This document shows positions 8,876 to 18,492 of a DNA stretch of 32,000 nt, in pieces. A program made the translations under genes and the position numbers. A model generated the notes under the pieces. That model ran no database searches. It saw only the letters and a program-made list of their open reading frames with translations, and was not told the origin of the DNA. Numbering within the stretch: the first letter of the stretch is position 1; each line of letters starts with the position of its first letter. This DNA comes from Alkanindiges sp. WGS2144. Its GTDB lineage: Bacteria; Pseudomonadota; Gammaproteobacteria; Pseudomonadales; Moraxellaceae. The DNA lies in NCBI RefSeq assembly GCF_043950625.1, contig NZ_CP171007.1. One strand, written 5' to 3'.

Positions 8876-9727
8876 ATGTCGGGTGGATTTATTGTAGTGC
8901 TGGCACTGCTGGTTTTTGTCGCAGTGACCATTGCTAAAGGGGTGCGGCTGGTGCCGCAAGGCTATAAGTGGATTGTACAGCGCCTGGGTAAATACCATGG
9001 AACGCTTAACCCCGGCCTTAATTTTGTCATCCCATATATTGATGAAGTGGCTTACAAAGTGACCACTAAAGATATTGTACTGGACATTCCCTCGCAGGAA
9101 GTAATTACCCGAGATAACGCGGTGCTGATCATGAATGCGGTGGCGTATATTAATCTGGTCACACCAGAAAAAGCAGTGTATGGCATTGAAAATTATACCT
9201 GGGCGATTCAGAACCTGGTACAGACTTCCCTGCGTTCTATTGTTGGTGAGATGGATCTGGATGATGCCCTGTCCTCACGCGATCATATCAAGGCCAAGTT
9301 AAAAGCGGCTATTTCTGATGATATTGCCGACTGGGGCATTATGCTCAAAACCGTGGAAATTCAGGATATCCGCCCATCAAGTACCATGCAGCAGGCCATG
9401 GAAGCACAAGCCGCCGCCGAACGCCAGCGCCGCGCTACCGTTACCCGTGCTGACGGTGAAAAACAGGCTGCCATTCTGGAAGCGGAAGGCCGTCTGGAAG
9501 CATCGCGCCGTGATGCTGAAGCACAGGTGGTATTAGCCAAGGCCAGTCAGGAAGCCATTGATCTGGTGTCCTCTGCCATTGGTGAAAGAGAGCTGCCGGT
9601 GACTTATATTCTGGGTGAGCAATATGTAAAAGCCATGCAGGACATCTCCAAGTCACCCAACAGCAAAACCGTGGTGCTACCAGCCGATTTACTAAGCACT
9701 TTAAAAGGGTTTATTGGCAAGCCTTAA
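8876..9727 (+). CDS. SPFH/band-7 (stomatin/QmcA-like) membrane protein
   Basis: An N-terminal TM helix is followed by VRLVPQGYKWIVQRLGKY, ITRDNAVL and an Ala/Glu/Arg-rich coiled coil (AMEAQAAAERQRRA...). It starts 31 nt after nfeD, which is the classic pairing. Confidence 0.9.
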   Translation: MSGGFIVVLALLVFVAVTIAKGVRLVPQGYKWIVQRLGKYHGTLNPGLNFVIPYIDEVAYKVTTKDIVLDIPSQEVITRDNAVLIMNAVAYINLVTPEKAVYGIENYTWAIQNLVQTSLRSIVGEMDLDDALSSRDHIKAKLKAAISDDIADWGIMLKTVEIQDIRPSSTMQQAMEAQAAAERQRRATVTRADGEKQAAILEAEGRLEASRRDAEAQVVLAKASQEAIDLVSSAIGERELPVTYILGEQYVKAMQDISKSPNSKTVVLPADLLSTLKGFIGKP

Positions 9728-9760
9728 TCAGGATTTGGCATTAAATTCCCTTCATAGATC

Positions 9761-9796
9761 AAAAGACTACGCATTTTAAATCCGTAGTCTTTTTTA
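9761..9796. terminator. Bidirectional rho-independent terminator (SPFH gene / ispA)
   Basis: An 11-bp stem, aaaagactacg (9761-9771) pairing with cgtagtctttt (9783-9793), is flanked by an A-run and a T-run. It lies between convergent genes. Confidence 0.7.
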
Positions 9797-9838
9797 TCGT
9801 GCAAACCTGAAGCTGTTTTGACGTTGTAAAGAAAGTGC

Positions 9839-10768
9839 TTAATTTTCACGATTAAGTAAAAAACGGGCCAGTCCCTGAAGTGGTTCCATATCCTTGGCGC
9901 TGTATGGCAGGTTTTGCAGAGCGGTAAAAGCACGCTGATGTAAATCCTGTGACAGCTCAATGGCTTTGCCCACCCCAAGTAACGCGGGATAGGTGGCTTT
10001 TTGGTGGCGCTGATCGGCACCTGCTGTTTTACCTAAAGCGTCGGTACTGGCCGTGACATCCAGAATATCATCCTGAATCTGGTAGGCTAGCCCCAGATAA
10101 CCACCAAACTCTATCAGCTGGCTATACAGCGAATCGCGCAGCTCAATCCCGACACTTAAAGCCCCCATGCCAATCGCTGCCTGTATCAGGGCACCGGTTT
10201 TATTTAAGTGAATGGTTTCCAGGTCCGTCTGGCTAATGGTTTTTTTCTCAGCCTGTAAATCCAGCACCTGCCCCTGTACCATGCGATTGGCAGCCTGTGC
10301 CAGTACATAGGATTGCTGACCGCCTATGGCCATATCGTGTGGGGTTGGTTCTACATCTGCTGAAAACAGGTTGCTGTTCAGTACTTCAAAAGCCAGGGTT
10401 TGCAAAATATCACCTGCCAGCAGGGCGGTCGCTTCACCATATGCCTTGTGACAGGTAGGCTGCCCACGACGTAACTCATCATCGTCCATGCAAGGCAAAT
10501 CATCATGCACCAGTGAGTAACAGTGAATCAGCTCAACAGCTACCGCCGCCCGTCGCGCAGCAATATTAAGTACCGGCTCATGCATGATCGCGGTGGCATA
10601 AGTCAGGGCAGGACGAATACGCTTGCCACCCAGCATCACCGCATGGTGCACTGCTTCTTTTAAGGGAGAAGGCAGAAGTTGCTGATCCAGTACGGTTTGC
10701 AAATCAAGCGCAATACGGTTGCGGGCAGCGGCCAGACTGTCCTGTTCATCATTGGTGAGCGTTACCAT
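9839..10768 (-). CDS. ispA: (2E,6E)-farnesyl diphosphate synthase
   Basis: The first Asp-rich motif is LVHDDLPCMDDDELRRG and the second is YQIQDDILD. The length is about 300 aa. Confidence 0.9.
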   Translation of the reverse strand: MVTLTNDEQDSLAAARNRIALDLQTVLDQQLLPSPLKEAVHHAVMLGGKRIRPALTYATAIMHEPVLNIAARRAAVAVELIHCYSLVHDDLPCMDDDELRRGQPTCHKAYGEATALLAGDILQTLAFEVLNSNLFSADVEPTPHDMAIGGQQSYVLAQAANRMVQGQVLDLQAEKKTISQTDLETIHLNKTGALIQAAIGMGALSVGIELRDSLYSQLIEFGGYLGLAYQIQDDILDVTASTDALGKTAGADQRHQKATYPALLGVGKAIELSQDLHQRAFTALQNLPYSAKDMEPLQGLARFLLNREN

Positions 10769-10910
10769 GAATATTCTCTTGCATGTGTTTTAGACTAATT
10801 GTGCCTTAAGCAAAATAACGAACTGTATTTGTTGTGTTTTTAAACACTAAACTTTTTAACCAGCAGGTCTTTTCAGTACATCGCGTTTTCTCACCAGTCA
10901 ACGCTAAAAA

Positions 10911-11255
10911 TCAGGCTTTTTTGACAAACTCGGATTTAAGTTTCATGGCGCCTATACCATCAATTTTGCAGTCAATATCGTGACCATCACTGGCCTCTGG
11001 CAGCAAGCGGATATTTTTGACCTTGGTACCCACTTTAACCACTATGGAAGACCCTTTCACTTTCAGGTCTTTAATGACGGTAACACTATCGCCATCTTGA
11101 AGCACGGTACCATGGGCATCCTTGATGACTGTGCCCTCATCAGTTGCAGCAGCCTCGGCAGGACTCCACTCATGCGCACACTCAGGGCAAATAAGCAGGC
11201 TACCGTCTTCATAAGTGTAGCTAGATTGACACTGGGGGCAATTTGGCAAGCTCAT
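10911..11255 (-). CDS. yjdM: Zinc-ribbon protein PhnA/YjdM
   Basis: The N-terminal zinc ribbon is [21 protein letters not shown] and the C-terminal domain is [17 protein letters not shown]...KNIRL...HDIDCKIDG...KSEFVKK. The start is trimmed to ATG 11255 (MSLPNCPQC). Confidence 0.85.
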   Translation of the reverse strand: MSLPNCPQCQSSYTYEDGSLLICPECAHEWSPAEAAATDEGTVIKDAHGTVLQDGDSVTVIKDLKVKGSSIVVKVGTKVKNIRLLPEASDGHDIDCKIDGIGAMKLKSEFVKKA

Positions 11256-11347
11256 TGTATAATTCCATAAAAAATTTAAGGGATTATACAATATTTATAC
11301 TATCTTTGCCGGCTTCAAGTAATTCATTATTTTTGCAAGCTATATTC

Positions 11348-11872
11348 TTATTCATCAGACAATAAAGCCACCTGCTGTACATAGTTCAGCAGCTTCTGCC
11401 GTGATTGCTGTTGAATGCTTTCATCAACGCTTTGAGCCAAATCGCGCTGAACCCGCAATACATGCTGACGCAGGGTATGTCTTTCAGCAGCATGGTACTG
11501 GCGCACAAAATCGTTAATGGCCTGATCACCCTGTTCAAGCAAACGGTCAATCCAGCGCATCAGTTGCGCCTGCTTTTTGGCACCCTGTCGTGGCGATAAG
11601 GCAGTCATAAGCACACTTTCGTCTTCATGGCGCAATAGCTTGCCAATCCGCTGAAAATGGCGACGACGCGCCTCAAAGGCAGTAATGCGGCTTAATTCCA
11701 GCAAGGCATCTTTTAATGCCTCATCAATGGGTAGCTTTTTAATCTGGTTGACTGATAGGCTGGCCAGTTGCTCTCCTAGCGCGGCAAAGCGTTGCACTGC
11801 CTTTTTTTGTTCGGTTTTACTGGGGCGGCCATCCAGCGCTTCCCATTCTTCTTCAATACTTTTACGCGCCAT
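11348..11872 (-). CDS. yjgA: Ribosome-associated protein YjgA/DarP (DUF615)
   Basis: The size (174 aa), a charged helical composition and an N-terminal GRPSKTEQKKAVQRFAALGEQL pattern are typical of the family. Confidence 0.7.
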   Translation of the reverse strand: MARKSIEEEWEALDGRPSKTEQKKAVQRFAALGEQLASLSVNQIKKLPIDEALKDALLELSRITAFEARRRHFQRIGKLLRHEDESVLMTALSPRQGAKKQAQLMRWIDRLLEQGDQAINDFVRQYHAAERHTLRQHVLRVQRDLAQSVDESIQQQSRQKLLNYVQQVALLSDE

Positions 11873-11922
11873 TTAATCACCTGCCATATCTTTATTCGTG
11901 ATTGTCCCTTGAGCTGTCAGCA

Positions 11923-12192
11923 CTATTCAGCCTCTAAAAAACGGGCTGCAAAAAGCTGCTTGATTGCCTCGCAGGCTTTTTCTTCATCCGGGCCATCAAT
12001 GACCAGACGCAAAGTACTGCCTTTACTGGCACCCAGCATTAGCAATGACATGATGTTTTTGGCATCAATCAGATGGTTGCCGCGCCCTAGCTGAATCGCT
12101 GCGCGGTATTTGCTGGTCACTTCAATCAGACGCCCGGAAGCGCGTGCATGTAAACCCAGTTTATTGATGACGTCGACAGTGGTATCAATCAT
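11923..12192 (-). CDS. ptsO: HPr-family phosphocarrier protein (NPr-like)
   Basis: The active-site His context is [11 protein letters not shown] and the Ser46-region equivalent is LGASKGSTL. Its ATG overlaps the rapZ stop (ATGA), which matches the E. coli rapZ-npr arrangement. The start is trimmed from 12234 to 12192. Confidence 0.8.
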   Translation of the reverse strand: MIDTTVDVINKLGLHARASGRLIEVTSKYRAAIQLGRGNHLIDAKNIMSLLMLGASKGSTLRLVIDGPDEEKACEAIKQLFAARFLEAE

Positions 12193-13040
12193 GACCAGTG
12201 CTTCATTTCCCGATGCAAGGTTTGTGTAGGCCATTGTAGCTTAAGTGCATCACTGAGTCTGTTTACCAGATAAACAGAGCGATGCTGGCCACCAGTGCAG
12301 CCAATCGCCACTGTTAAGTAATGACGGTGGCTGGCCGCAAAAACCGGCATCCATTTGCTCAGAAACTGATAAATATCCTCAAACATGGCATTCACATTTT
12401 TATCAGAATTTAAGAAATCCTGCACGTCTTTATCCAGGCCAGTTTTGGGACGTAGCGCGGCCTGCCAGTGCGGATTAGGCAAATGACGCACATCAAAAAC
12501 AAAATCGGCATCCAGTGGAATGCCATGCTTATAGCCAAATGATTGCAGGATTAAGATCATCTGGTCGCCCTGACCCATTTTGACAGTCAGGGTTTGCTTA
12601 AGCTCATGCACATTTAGCCCGCTGGTGTCGAGGGTCAGGGTTGCCCGGTTGGCTACCGGTGCGAGCAAGGCTTCCTCGGCAACTAGCGCCTCTTGCAAGG
12701 TACTGTAACGGTCTGCCAGTGGATGGCGGCGGCGGGTCGCACCAAATCGTGCCAACAATATCTCATCACGTGCATTTAAAAACAGCACTTCGACCTCACC
12801 ATGGGTCTGAAGCTGCTCCAGAATGGACTCAAAGTCCATTAAGTCTGAACGTGGGGTACGGACATCCACCCCCAGTGCCAGCATGTCCAGATGGTTTTCC
12901 TGATCAAGCTTGGCAACAATTTCAGGGAGCAGTGACAGAGGCAGGTTATCAATGCTGTAATAGCCAATATCCTCTAAAATATGTAGTGCCGAGCTTTTGC
13001 CAGAGCCAGAACGTCCAGACACAATTAATAGCCTTTTCAC
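12189..13040 (-). CDS. rapZ: RNase adapter / nucleotide-binding protein RapZ
   Basis: Seen: Walker [13 protein letters not shown], DxRxLPNP-type HLPNPHW, and the C-terminal block [11 protein letters not shown]. Confidence 0.9.
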   Translation of the reverse strand: MKRLLIVSGRSGSGKSSALHILEDIGYYSIDNLPLSLLPEIVAKLDQENHLDMLALGVDVRTPRSDLMDFESILEQLQTHGEVEVLFLNARDEILLARFGATRRRHPLADRYSTLQEALVAEEALLAPVANRATLTLDTSGLNVHELKQTLTVKMGQGDQMILILQSFGYKHGIPLDADFVFDVRHLPNPHWQAALRPKTGLDKDVQDFLNSDKNVNAMFEDIYQFLSKWMPVFAASHRHYLTVAIGCTGGQHRSVYLVNRLSDALKLQWPTQTLHREMKHWS

Positions 13041-13103
13041 CTCTGATCTCCTTTATAAACAACAAACACCAAATGCACCCCGAGGGACTGTCCCTTGTGT
13101 CAC

Positions 13104-13961
13104 CTAGCTTTCCTGCCTGATCAGCAAGTTATCAATTAAGCGGGTAGTTCCCAATCTGGCCGCTACCAGAATAACCATATCCTGTTGCGTATTATTTACT
13201 GGCAATAAATCAGGAGTACGGGCCTCTACATAGTCCACCACAAAACCCTGCTGGCTCAAGCAGTCACGACCGCGCTGTAAAATGCTTGCCAAATCGGCTT
13301 GCCCGGCATGAATATCCTGCTCAATGGTTTTGAGGGTTTTATAAATCCAGCTGGCTTTTTGTTTTTCTTCACTGGACAAATAACCATTGCGTGAGCTTAA
13401 GGCCAGACCCTGCTCATCACGCACTATCGGCACACCAATAATATCAATAGAAAAGCATAAATCGGTCGTTAAATGACGAATCACTGCCAGCTGCTGCCAG
13501 TCTTTTTCACCAAAGAACGCAGCATTAGGCTGTACCATATTAAACAGTTTGGTCACGACCGTCGCGACACCCGTAAAGTGCCCGGGGCGGCTTTTACCAC
13601 ATAAATCGTTGGCGATCTCATTAACCTGAACGGTGGTGAGCTGTGGGTGGCTGCCATACATTTGCTGCACGCTAGGCGCAAAAATCACATCGCATCCTGC
13701 CTCTGCCAGTAACTGGCTATCAGCATCCAGGGTTCGTGGGTATTTGTCAAAATCTTCTCCCGCGCCAAACTGGGTCGGATTAACAAAAATACTCACAACC
13801 ACCACATCGCAGTATTTTTTGGCAGCCTGTACCAGGGCAATATGTCCCTGATGCAGATTACCCATGGTAGGCACAAAGCCAATACTTTTGCGTGCCAGAC
13901 GGGCTGGGAGCAAAGCGGCCTGTAGACCTTGCAAACTTACTTCAGTTTTCATTGTTATCAC
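13104..13961 (-). CDS. panC: Pantoate-beta-alanine ligase
   Basis: Motifs seen: [31 protein letters not shown] and LALSSRN. Confidence 0.9.
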   Translation of the reverse strand: MITMKTEVSLQGLQAALLPARLARKSIGFVPTMGNLHQGHIALVQAAKKYCDVVVVSIFVNPTQFGAGEDFDKYPRTLDADSQLLAEAGCDVIFAPSVQQMYGSHPQLTTVQVNEIANDLCGKSRPGHFTGVATVVTKLFNMVQPNAAFFGEKDWQQLAVIRHLTTDLCFSIDIIGVPIVRDEQGLALSSRNGYLSSEEKQKASWIYKTLKTIEQDIHAGQADLASILQRGRDCLSQQGFVVDYVEARTPDLLPVNNTQQDMVILVAARLGTTRLIDNLLIRQES

Positions 13962-14006
13962 TCTATCTATCGGTACTTGTTGTATGATTCAACTGTTATA
14001 GCGCGG

Positions 14007-14813
14007 CTATAGCTCGATCTGGAAACTATGTTCTGGTGCTGGATACTCACCTGAACGAACCGCCTGATGAAAGCTCTTAAAGGCATCAACAATAGGATTT
14101 TCACCCTGCTGTCCTTGTAAAAAATTACGCACAAAGCGTGCAGATTTACCAAAATTCAGACCCAGCATATCCTGCACCACCAGTACCTGACCATCGCAAT
14201 AACTACCAGCACCAATACCAATGACTGGCACGCCAAACCGCGCCTGTACTTCCTGCGCAGCCTTAACCGGAACGCATTCCAGCAATAACATCACCGCACC
14301 TGCCTCTACCACGGCCTCACAGTCTGCCAGTAACTGGTCAGCTGCGCTACGGGTTTTGGCTTGTACCTTATAACCACCAAACACGTTAACCGACTGTGGG
14401 GTAAGGCCCAGATGCACACAACTTGGAATACCGCCCTGTGCCAGCGCACGTACCGTGTCAGCCAGCCATGCACCACCTTCGATTTTTACCATTTGCGCAC
14501 CGGCCTGCATCACCTGACGGGCTGAACAAATAGCATCGTTAAGCGTGCTGTAGCTCATAAACGGCAGATCCGTGATAATCAGGGCATGCTGGTTACCACG
14601 ACGCACCGCGCGGGTATGATACGCCATATCCTCTACGGTAACCGGTAAGGTAGAATCATGCCCCTGAATGGTCATGCCCAGCGAGTCGCCAATTAATATG
14701 GTATCAATTTGTGCCACTTCCATTGCTTTTGCCAGGGTTGCGTCATAACAGGTCAGACAGGAAAACCGCGTACCCTCTGCTTTGTATTGTTGCAGCTTGC
14801 TTAGACTGATCAT
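14007..14813 (-). CDS. panB: 3-methyl-2-oxobutanoate hydroxymethyltransferase
   Basis: Motifs seen: LTCYDA, IGDSLGM, VKIEGG and GHLGLTPQS-like HLGLTPQSV. Confidence 0.9.
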   Translation of the reverse strand: MISLSKLQQYKAEGTRFSCLTCYDATLAKAMEVAQIDTILIGDSLGMTIQGHDSTLPVTVEDMAYHTRAVRRGNQHALIITDLPFMSYSTLNDAICSARQVMQAGAQMVKIEGGAWLADTVRALAQGGIPSCVHLGLTPQSVNVFGGYKVQAKTRSAADQLLADCEAVVEAGAVMLLLECVPVKAAQEVQARFGVPVIGIGAGSYCDGQVLVVQDMLGLNFGKSARFVRNFLQGQQGENPIVDAFKSFHQAVRSGEYPAPEHSFQIEL

Positions 14814-14927
14814 AAGAAATGCTCCTTGGCAAAGGACAGGAAAATATCAATAAATGGTAGTAATGCAAGAAATACAGGCTGGTAACAGCATTTTAAGCAT
14901 AGCAAGCTGATATCACCGGGCATGGCT

Positions 14928-15431
14928 TTAATCAGACAATGCCCAAGATGCATCAGCAAGCCGGCAAATATCCTGCTGCTGGCGGGCAACTGGACAGTCT
15001 TTTAATGGCACCCCATTAACCTGCAATTGCTCATCCAGTTCCAGCAGCGGTAAAATCACAAAGTTACGCTGCAAAATACCCACATGCGGCACAGTCAGCA
15101 CCGGCGTCTGAATCTGCTCCATCCCATACAGCAGCAAATCCAGATCTAGTGTACGTTCACCCCAGTGGCGCACACGCACACGCCCCGCCTGCTGTTCCAG
15201 TTGCTGCAAGGATTTGAGCAAATCATGAGCTGTCAGGTGGGTATCCAGTGCAACCACTGCATTTAAATAATCTGGCTGATCCTGCGGCCCCATGGGCTTG
15301 CTGGCATACAGACCCGATACCCGGACCGGCCCTAAAGCCACCAGTCCCTTTACTGCCTGTTGCAGGATATCCCTGCAATCACCTGTGGCATTAGCCAGAT
15401 TGCTGCCCAGACCAATATAGGCCAAGGTCAT
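14928..15431 (-). CDS. folK: 2-amino-4-hydroxy-6-hydroxymethyldihydropteridine diphosphokinase
   Basis: Motifs seen: AYIGLGSNL, YLNAVVAL, WGERTLDLDLLLY and PHVGILQRNFVILPL. The start overlaps the pcnB stop (ATGA). Confidence 0.9.
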   Translation of the reverse strand: MTLAYIGLGSNLANATGDCRDILQQAVKGLVALGPVRVSGLYASKPMGPQDQPDYLNAVVALDTHLTAHDLLKSLQQLEQQAGRVRVRHWGERTLDLDLLLYGMEQIQTPVLTVPHVGILQRNFVILPLLELDEQLQVNGVPLKDCPVARQQQDICRLADASWALSD

Positions 15432-16915
15432 ACCAGCCGACCCATTTCAACCTGAAAATCACTGCGCGGTTTACGGCGACGGCGCATAATCGGATGACTG
15501 GCACCCAGTAAAGGTTGATCCGTAGCAACCAGCGCATGTTCCAGCGATTCATCCAGCGCAGAGGTAACATCGTGGTGCGCTTTTCTTCTGCTTGTCTTCT
15601 TCACAGGTTGAGCAGCAGACGCCGCAATCGCATCACGGATCAGTTCATCACTCACTGGCTCATCATGGCTATTTTCTGTTGCAGCATGCTGTTTGCGCTT
15701 ATCACGAATCAGTTGGCGACTATACTGCTGAATGACTTTTTCTTTCTGGTCGTTATTGAGTTCCTGATAGTCATGCCACCACTGACCCATTCCCCTGGTG
15801 GTATGATCTCCAGCCTGTTCCCGCAAATATAAAAAATCATAGGCAGCGCGAAAACGGGCATGCGTTGCCAAAGCCGGAATCTGACGGGCTTTTGGCTCAA
15901 CCAGACGCGGCTGCATTTCCCATACCTCGCGGATAAAGCTTTCTGAGTAGCGTGGAATTGCTGTTCTTAAGGCCTGACGGCGCAACACATCCATACCGGC
16001 CTGAGTACGCGCTTCTACTTCGGGCAAGCCTTTATCCTTAAGTATTTGCAGGCGCTTCAAATACGCCTCCCACATCAGCACAGCATAAAAAAACGCCGGG
16101 TTAATGCTTTTACCCTGCCTAATTCGCTGATCAGTATTAACCGCAGCACGCTCTATAAACGGGGTAATCTGTTGTGGCACATCAGCAAACAATTGTACCC
16201 AGACATGGTATTTAATCAGTAAGGGCAGTAATTCGGCCAAATGACCTGCGCTAAACATTTTTTGGCTTTCATCATACAAACGGTGCGGTGAAACTTCACG
16301 CAGCAGCACCGTCATGTCTGGCACCAGTACATCCAGAATTGACTGGTCAATGTTAAAATTGAGCTTGGCTGCAAAACGCAATACCCGCAACATCCGCACC
16401 GGGTCTTCTTCAAAGCGCTGCACCGGCTCACCCAGTAGCTTGAGCTTCTTATGCTGGATATCAGCATAAGCATGGCAGAAGTCCAGAATGGTGTTTTTAA
16501 AGGGCTGATAATACAAGGTATTAATAGAAAAATCGCGGCGGGCATAATCCTGCTGAATCGTCCCCCAGGCGTTGTCACGCAGTACCATACCAGTTGCGCT
16601 GGTTTGGGCTTGCCGTGGCGGCGCACGAAAGGTAGCAACCTCAATCATGTCGCGCCCGACATAAACATGGGCCAGTTCAAAACGGCGGCCAATAATACGG
16701 CAACGCCTGCCGAACACCTCACGAATCTGGCTAGGCGTGGCATTGGTTACCGCGTCAAAGTCCTTGGGATGCAAGCCAAGCAGCAAATCGCGTACCCCGC
16801 CGCCCACAATGTAGGCCTGATATCCTGCTTTGGTGAGTGTATCGATGACTTCCAAAATGGCTGGTGATAGTAAGGCGATTGATAAACCGCAGTCAGACGC
16901 GCGCAAGGTTTGCAC
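15428..16915 (-). CDS. pcnB: Poly(A) polymerase I
   Basis: The nucleotidyltransferase core is YIVGGGVRDLLLG...KDFDAVT, with RRDFSINTLYY and a basic C-terminal tail. The pcnB-folK linkage matches E. coli. The exact start is uncertain. Confidence 0.9.
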   Translation of the reverse strand: MQTLRASDCGLSIALLSPAILEVIDTLTKAGYQAYIVGGGVRDLLLGLHPKDFDAVTNATPSQIREVFGRRCRIIGRRFELAHVYVGRDMIEVATFRAPPRQAQTSATGMVLRDNAWGTIQQDYARRDFSINTLYYQPFKNTILDFCHAYADIQHKKLKLLGEPVQRFEEDPVRMLRVLRFAAKLNFNIDQSILDVLVPDMTVLLREVSPHRLYDESQKMFSAGHLAELLPLLIKYHVWVQLFADVPQQITPFIERAAVNTDQRIRQGKSINPAFFYAVLMWEAYLKRLQILKDKGLPEVEARTQAGMDVLRRQALRTAIPRYSESFIREVWEMQPRLVEPKARQIPALATHARFRAAYDFLYLREQAGDHTTRGMGQWWHDYQELNNDQKEKVIQQYSRQLIRDKRKQHAATENSHDEPVSDELIRDAIAASAAQPVKKTSRRKAHHDVTSALDESLEHALVATDQPLLGASHPIMRRRRKPRSDFQVEMGRLV

Positions 16916-17021
16916 AGACGGCAGGCTCCTAGAGGCAAATGCAAGAAATAGCTAGACCGATAATAGCCTGTTGCTGGTTAATGAGCAATTATCGCTAATT
17001 TTTTTCTGTGGCTTTTTATCT

Positions 17022-17480
17022 TTAATCAATCCGCAAGCGATCACGATTTTTACTTAAAGTGGCTGGCCCAACTCCCCTGACCTGTAATAAATCCTCAATG
17101 GTTTTGAATTTGCCATGCTGCTGGCGATATTCAACAATGGCACGGGCTTTTGCTGGCCCTACTCCGCTTAAACCACTCGCCAGTTCAGCTTCACTGGCCC
17201 GGTTTAAATTGATTATTACCATACTTTTTTGATGAGTTTTGCTTTTTTTGCTTTGCACTACTTTGCTGGTTTTTTCATTTGATGGCGCAGCAGATATTTC
17301 CGGTTTGGCCAGCAATTGTGCATCATGTTGTTGCTGCTGTTGGGCATAGTTCTCAAACGTGGTGTGCAATACCCGTGGCGGGTCAGCCTGCACTCCCGTG
17401 CTGCCTGCCAGTAGCATCGCCATAACCAACATTACTTTAACATGGTGATAAAAACAGCTATTTTTATATAAATACTGCAT
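17022..17480 (-). CDS. comEA: ComEA-family helix-hairpin-helix DNA-binding (competence) protein
   Basis: There is an N-terminal signal or anchor. The C-terminal tandem HhH is INLNRASEAELASGLSGVGPAKARAIVEYRQQHGKFKTIEDLLQVRGVGPATL. The start could be an internal Met. Confidence 0.8.
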   Translation of the reverse strand: MQYLYKNSCFYHHVKVMLVMAMLLAGSTGVQADPPRVLHTTFENYAQQQQQHDAQLLAKPEISAAPSNEKTSKVVQSKKSKTHQKSMVIINLNRASEAELASGLSGVGPAKARAIVEYRQQHGKFKTIEDLLQVRGVGPATLSKNRDRLRID

Positions 17481-17492
17481 ACATCCTACCTT

Positions 17493-18266
17493 TTAGGCTT
17501 CATTTTTAAAATAGGCTTTGGCCTGCTCCCATAGGGCGTCCATTTCTATCAGACTACTTTGTTCAGGGCTACGGTTTTGTGCAGCCAACTGATCTTCAAT
17601 ATAGGCAAAACGTTGTCTAAACTTGGCAATACTACTCAGTAAGGCAGTTTCACTTTGAATATTCAGTTTTCTGGCCACATTGACCAGTGCAAAAAAACAG
17701 TCCCCCAGCTCATCCTCAATAGCCACCTGCTGCTGACTGACAATGGCCTGTTCTAGTTCCTGCAATTCTTCATTGAGTTTATCTTTGGCACCTTGCACAT
17801 CCGGCCAGTCAAAACCCACTTTAGCTGCCTGCTTTTGTAGCGCCTGTGCCTGCATTAACGCGGCTCCCGGTTTGATATCATCCAGACGTCGCCTGCTACC
17901 ACGCTCTTTTTGCTTAATCTGCTCCCACAACTGACTGACCTCGTGCTGGTTACTGGCCTGTGCCTGAGCAAATACATGCGGATGACGCCGAATCAGCTTG
18001 CCCGCCAGCCCATTGACTACATCATAAAAATCAAATGCGCCACTTTCGCTAAACATTTGCGCCTGAAATATCACCTGCAATAGCAGATCACCCAGCTCAT
18101 CGCGAATATCCGCATGATCGCCAGCGCGAATCGCCGCTTCTACCTCATAAGCTTCTTCAATGGCATAGCGGGTCAGGCTTTGTGGGGTCTGTGCCTTGTC
18201 CCATGGGCATTCTTGACGCAGGCGCTGCATGATGTGTAGCAGCTCATCCAGTGAATAGGCTGACAT
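17493..18266 (-). CDS. mazG: Nucleoside triphosphate pyrophosphohydrolase MazG
   Basis: CPWDKAQTPQSL is present, along with two MazG repeats carrying EEAYEVEAAI/ELGDLLLQV and EELGDCFFALVNVAR. Confidence 0.9.
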   Translation of the reverse strand: MSAYSLDELLHIMQRLRQECPWDKAQTPQSLTRYAIEEAYEVEAAIRAGDHADIRDELGDLLLQVIFQAQMFSESGAFDFYDVVNGLAGKLIRRHPHVFAQAQASNQHEVSQLWEQIKQKERGSRRRLDDIKPGAALMQAQALQKQAAKVGFDWPDVQGAKDKLNEELQELEQAIVSQQQVAIEDELGDCFFALVNVARKLNIQSETALLSSIAKFRQRFAYIEDQLAAQNRSPEQSSLIEMDALWEQAKAYFKNEA

Positions 18267-18492
18267 TTTTCTGATTTACCCCATGGTTCTGGCTAACGCA
18301 TTAAATACAAAAATCCAGTGCTGTAAGTATATGCCAGTCAGGTTTAATTACTGACCCCTCATGTTTGTAAGCTTAGTTTAGTCTTGTATAACCAATAAGT
18401 TAAACTTAATTGATTTTTTGTATTTTATTGCTTTGTTTATAACAAAAAAGTAAAATTACTTTGTAATATGAATACAAAATGGATACATTTTC
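18267..18492. promoter_or_regulatory. AT-rich divergent promoter region between mazG and the four-gene envelope operon
   Basis: This 226-nt non-coding stretch is visibly AT-rich and lies between divergent starts. It contains a perfect 6-3-6 palindrome, tttgtt-tat-aacaaa (18432-18446), and repeated TTGTA/TACAA motifs. No -10/-35 assignment was attempted. Confidence 0.4.

Noticed and set aside
7337-9727. Patatin phospholipase plus SPFH/NfeD considered as a CBASS-like or other abortive-infection module.
   Set aside because: There is no CD-NTase or cyclase, no sensor and no nuclease partner. The patatin has a lipobox signal peptide typical of housekeeping RssA/YchK-type enzymes.
9724-10020. A 98-aa minus-strand ORF spanning the ispA 3' end and the terminator region. 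Similar small ORFs lie at 13967-14152, 19862-20098, 6601-6888 and 6-212.
   Set aside because: They overlap well-supported genes or terminator hairpins out of frame, and no recognisable domain or start context is present.
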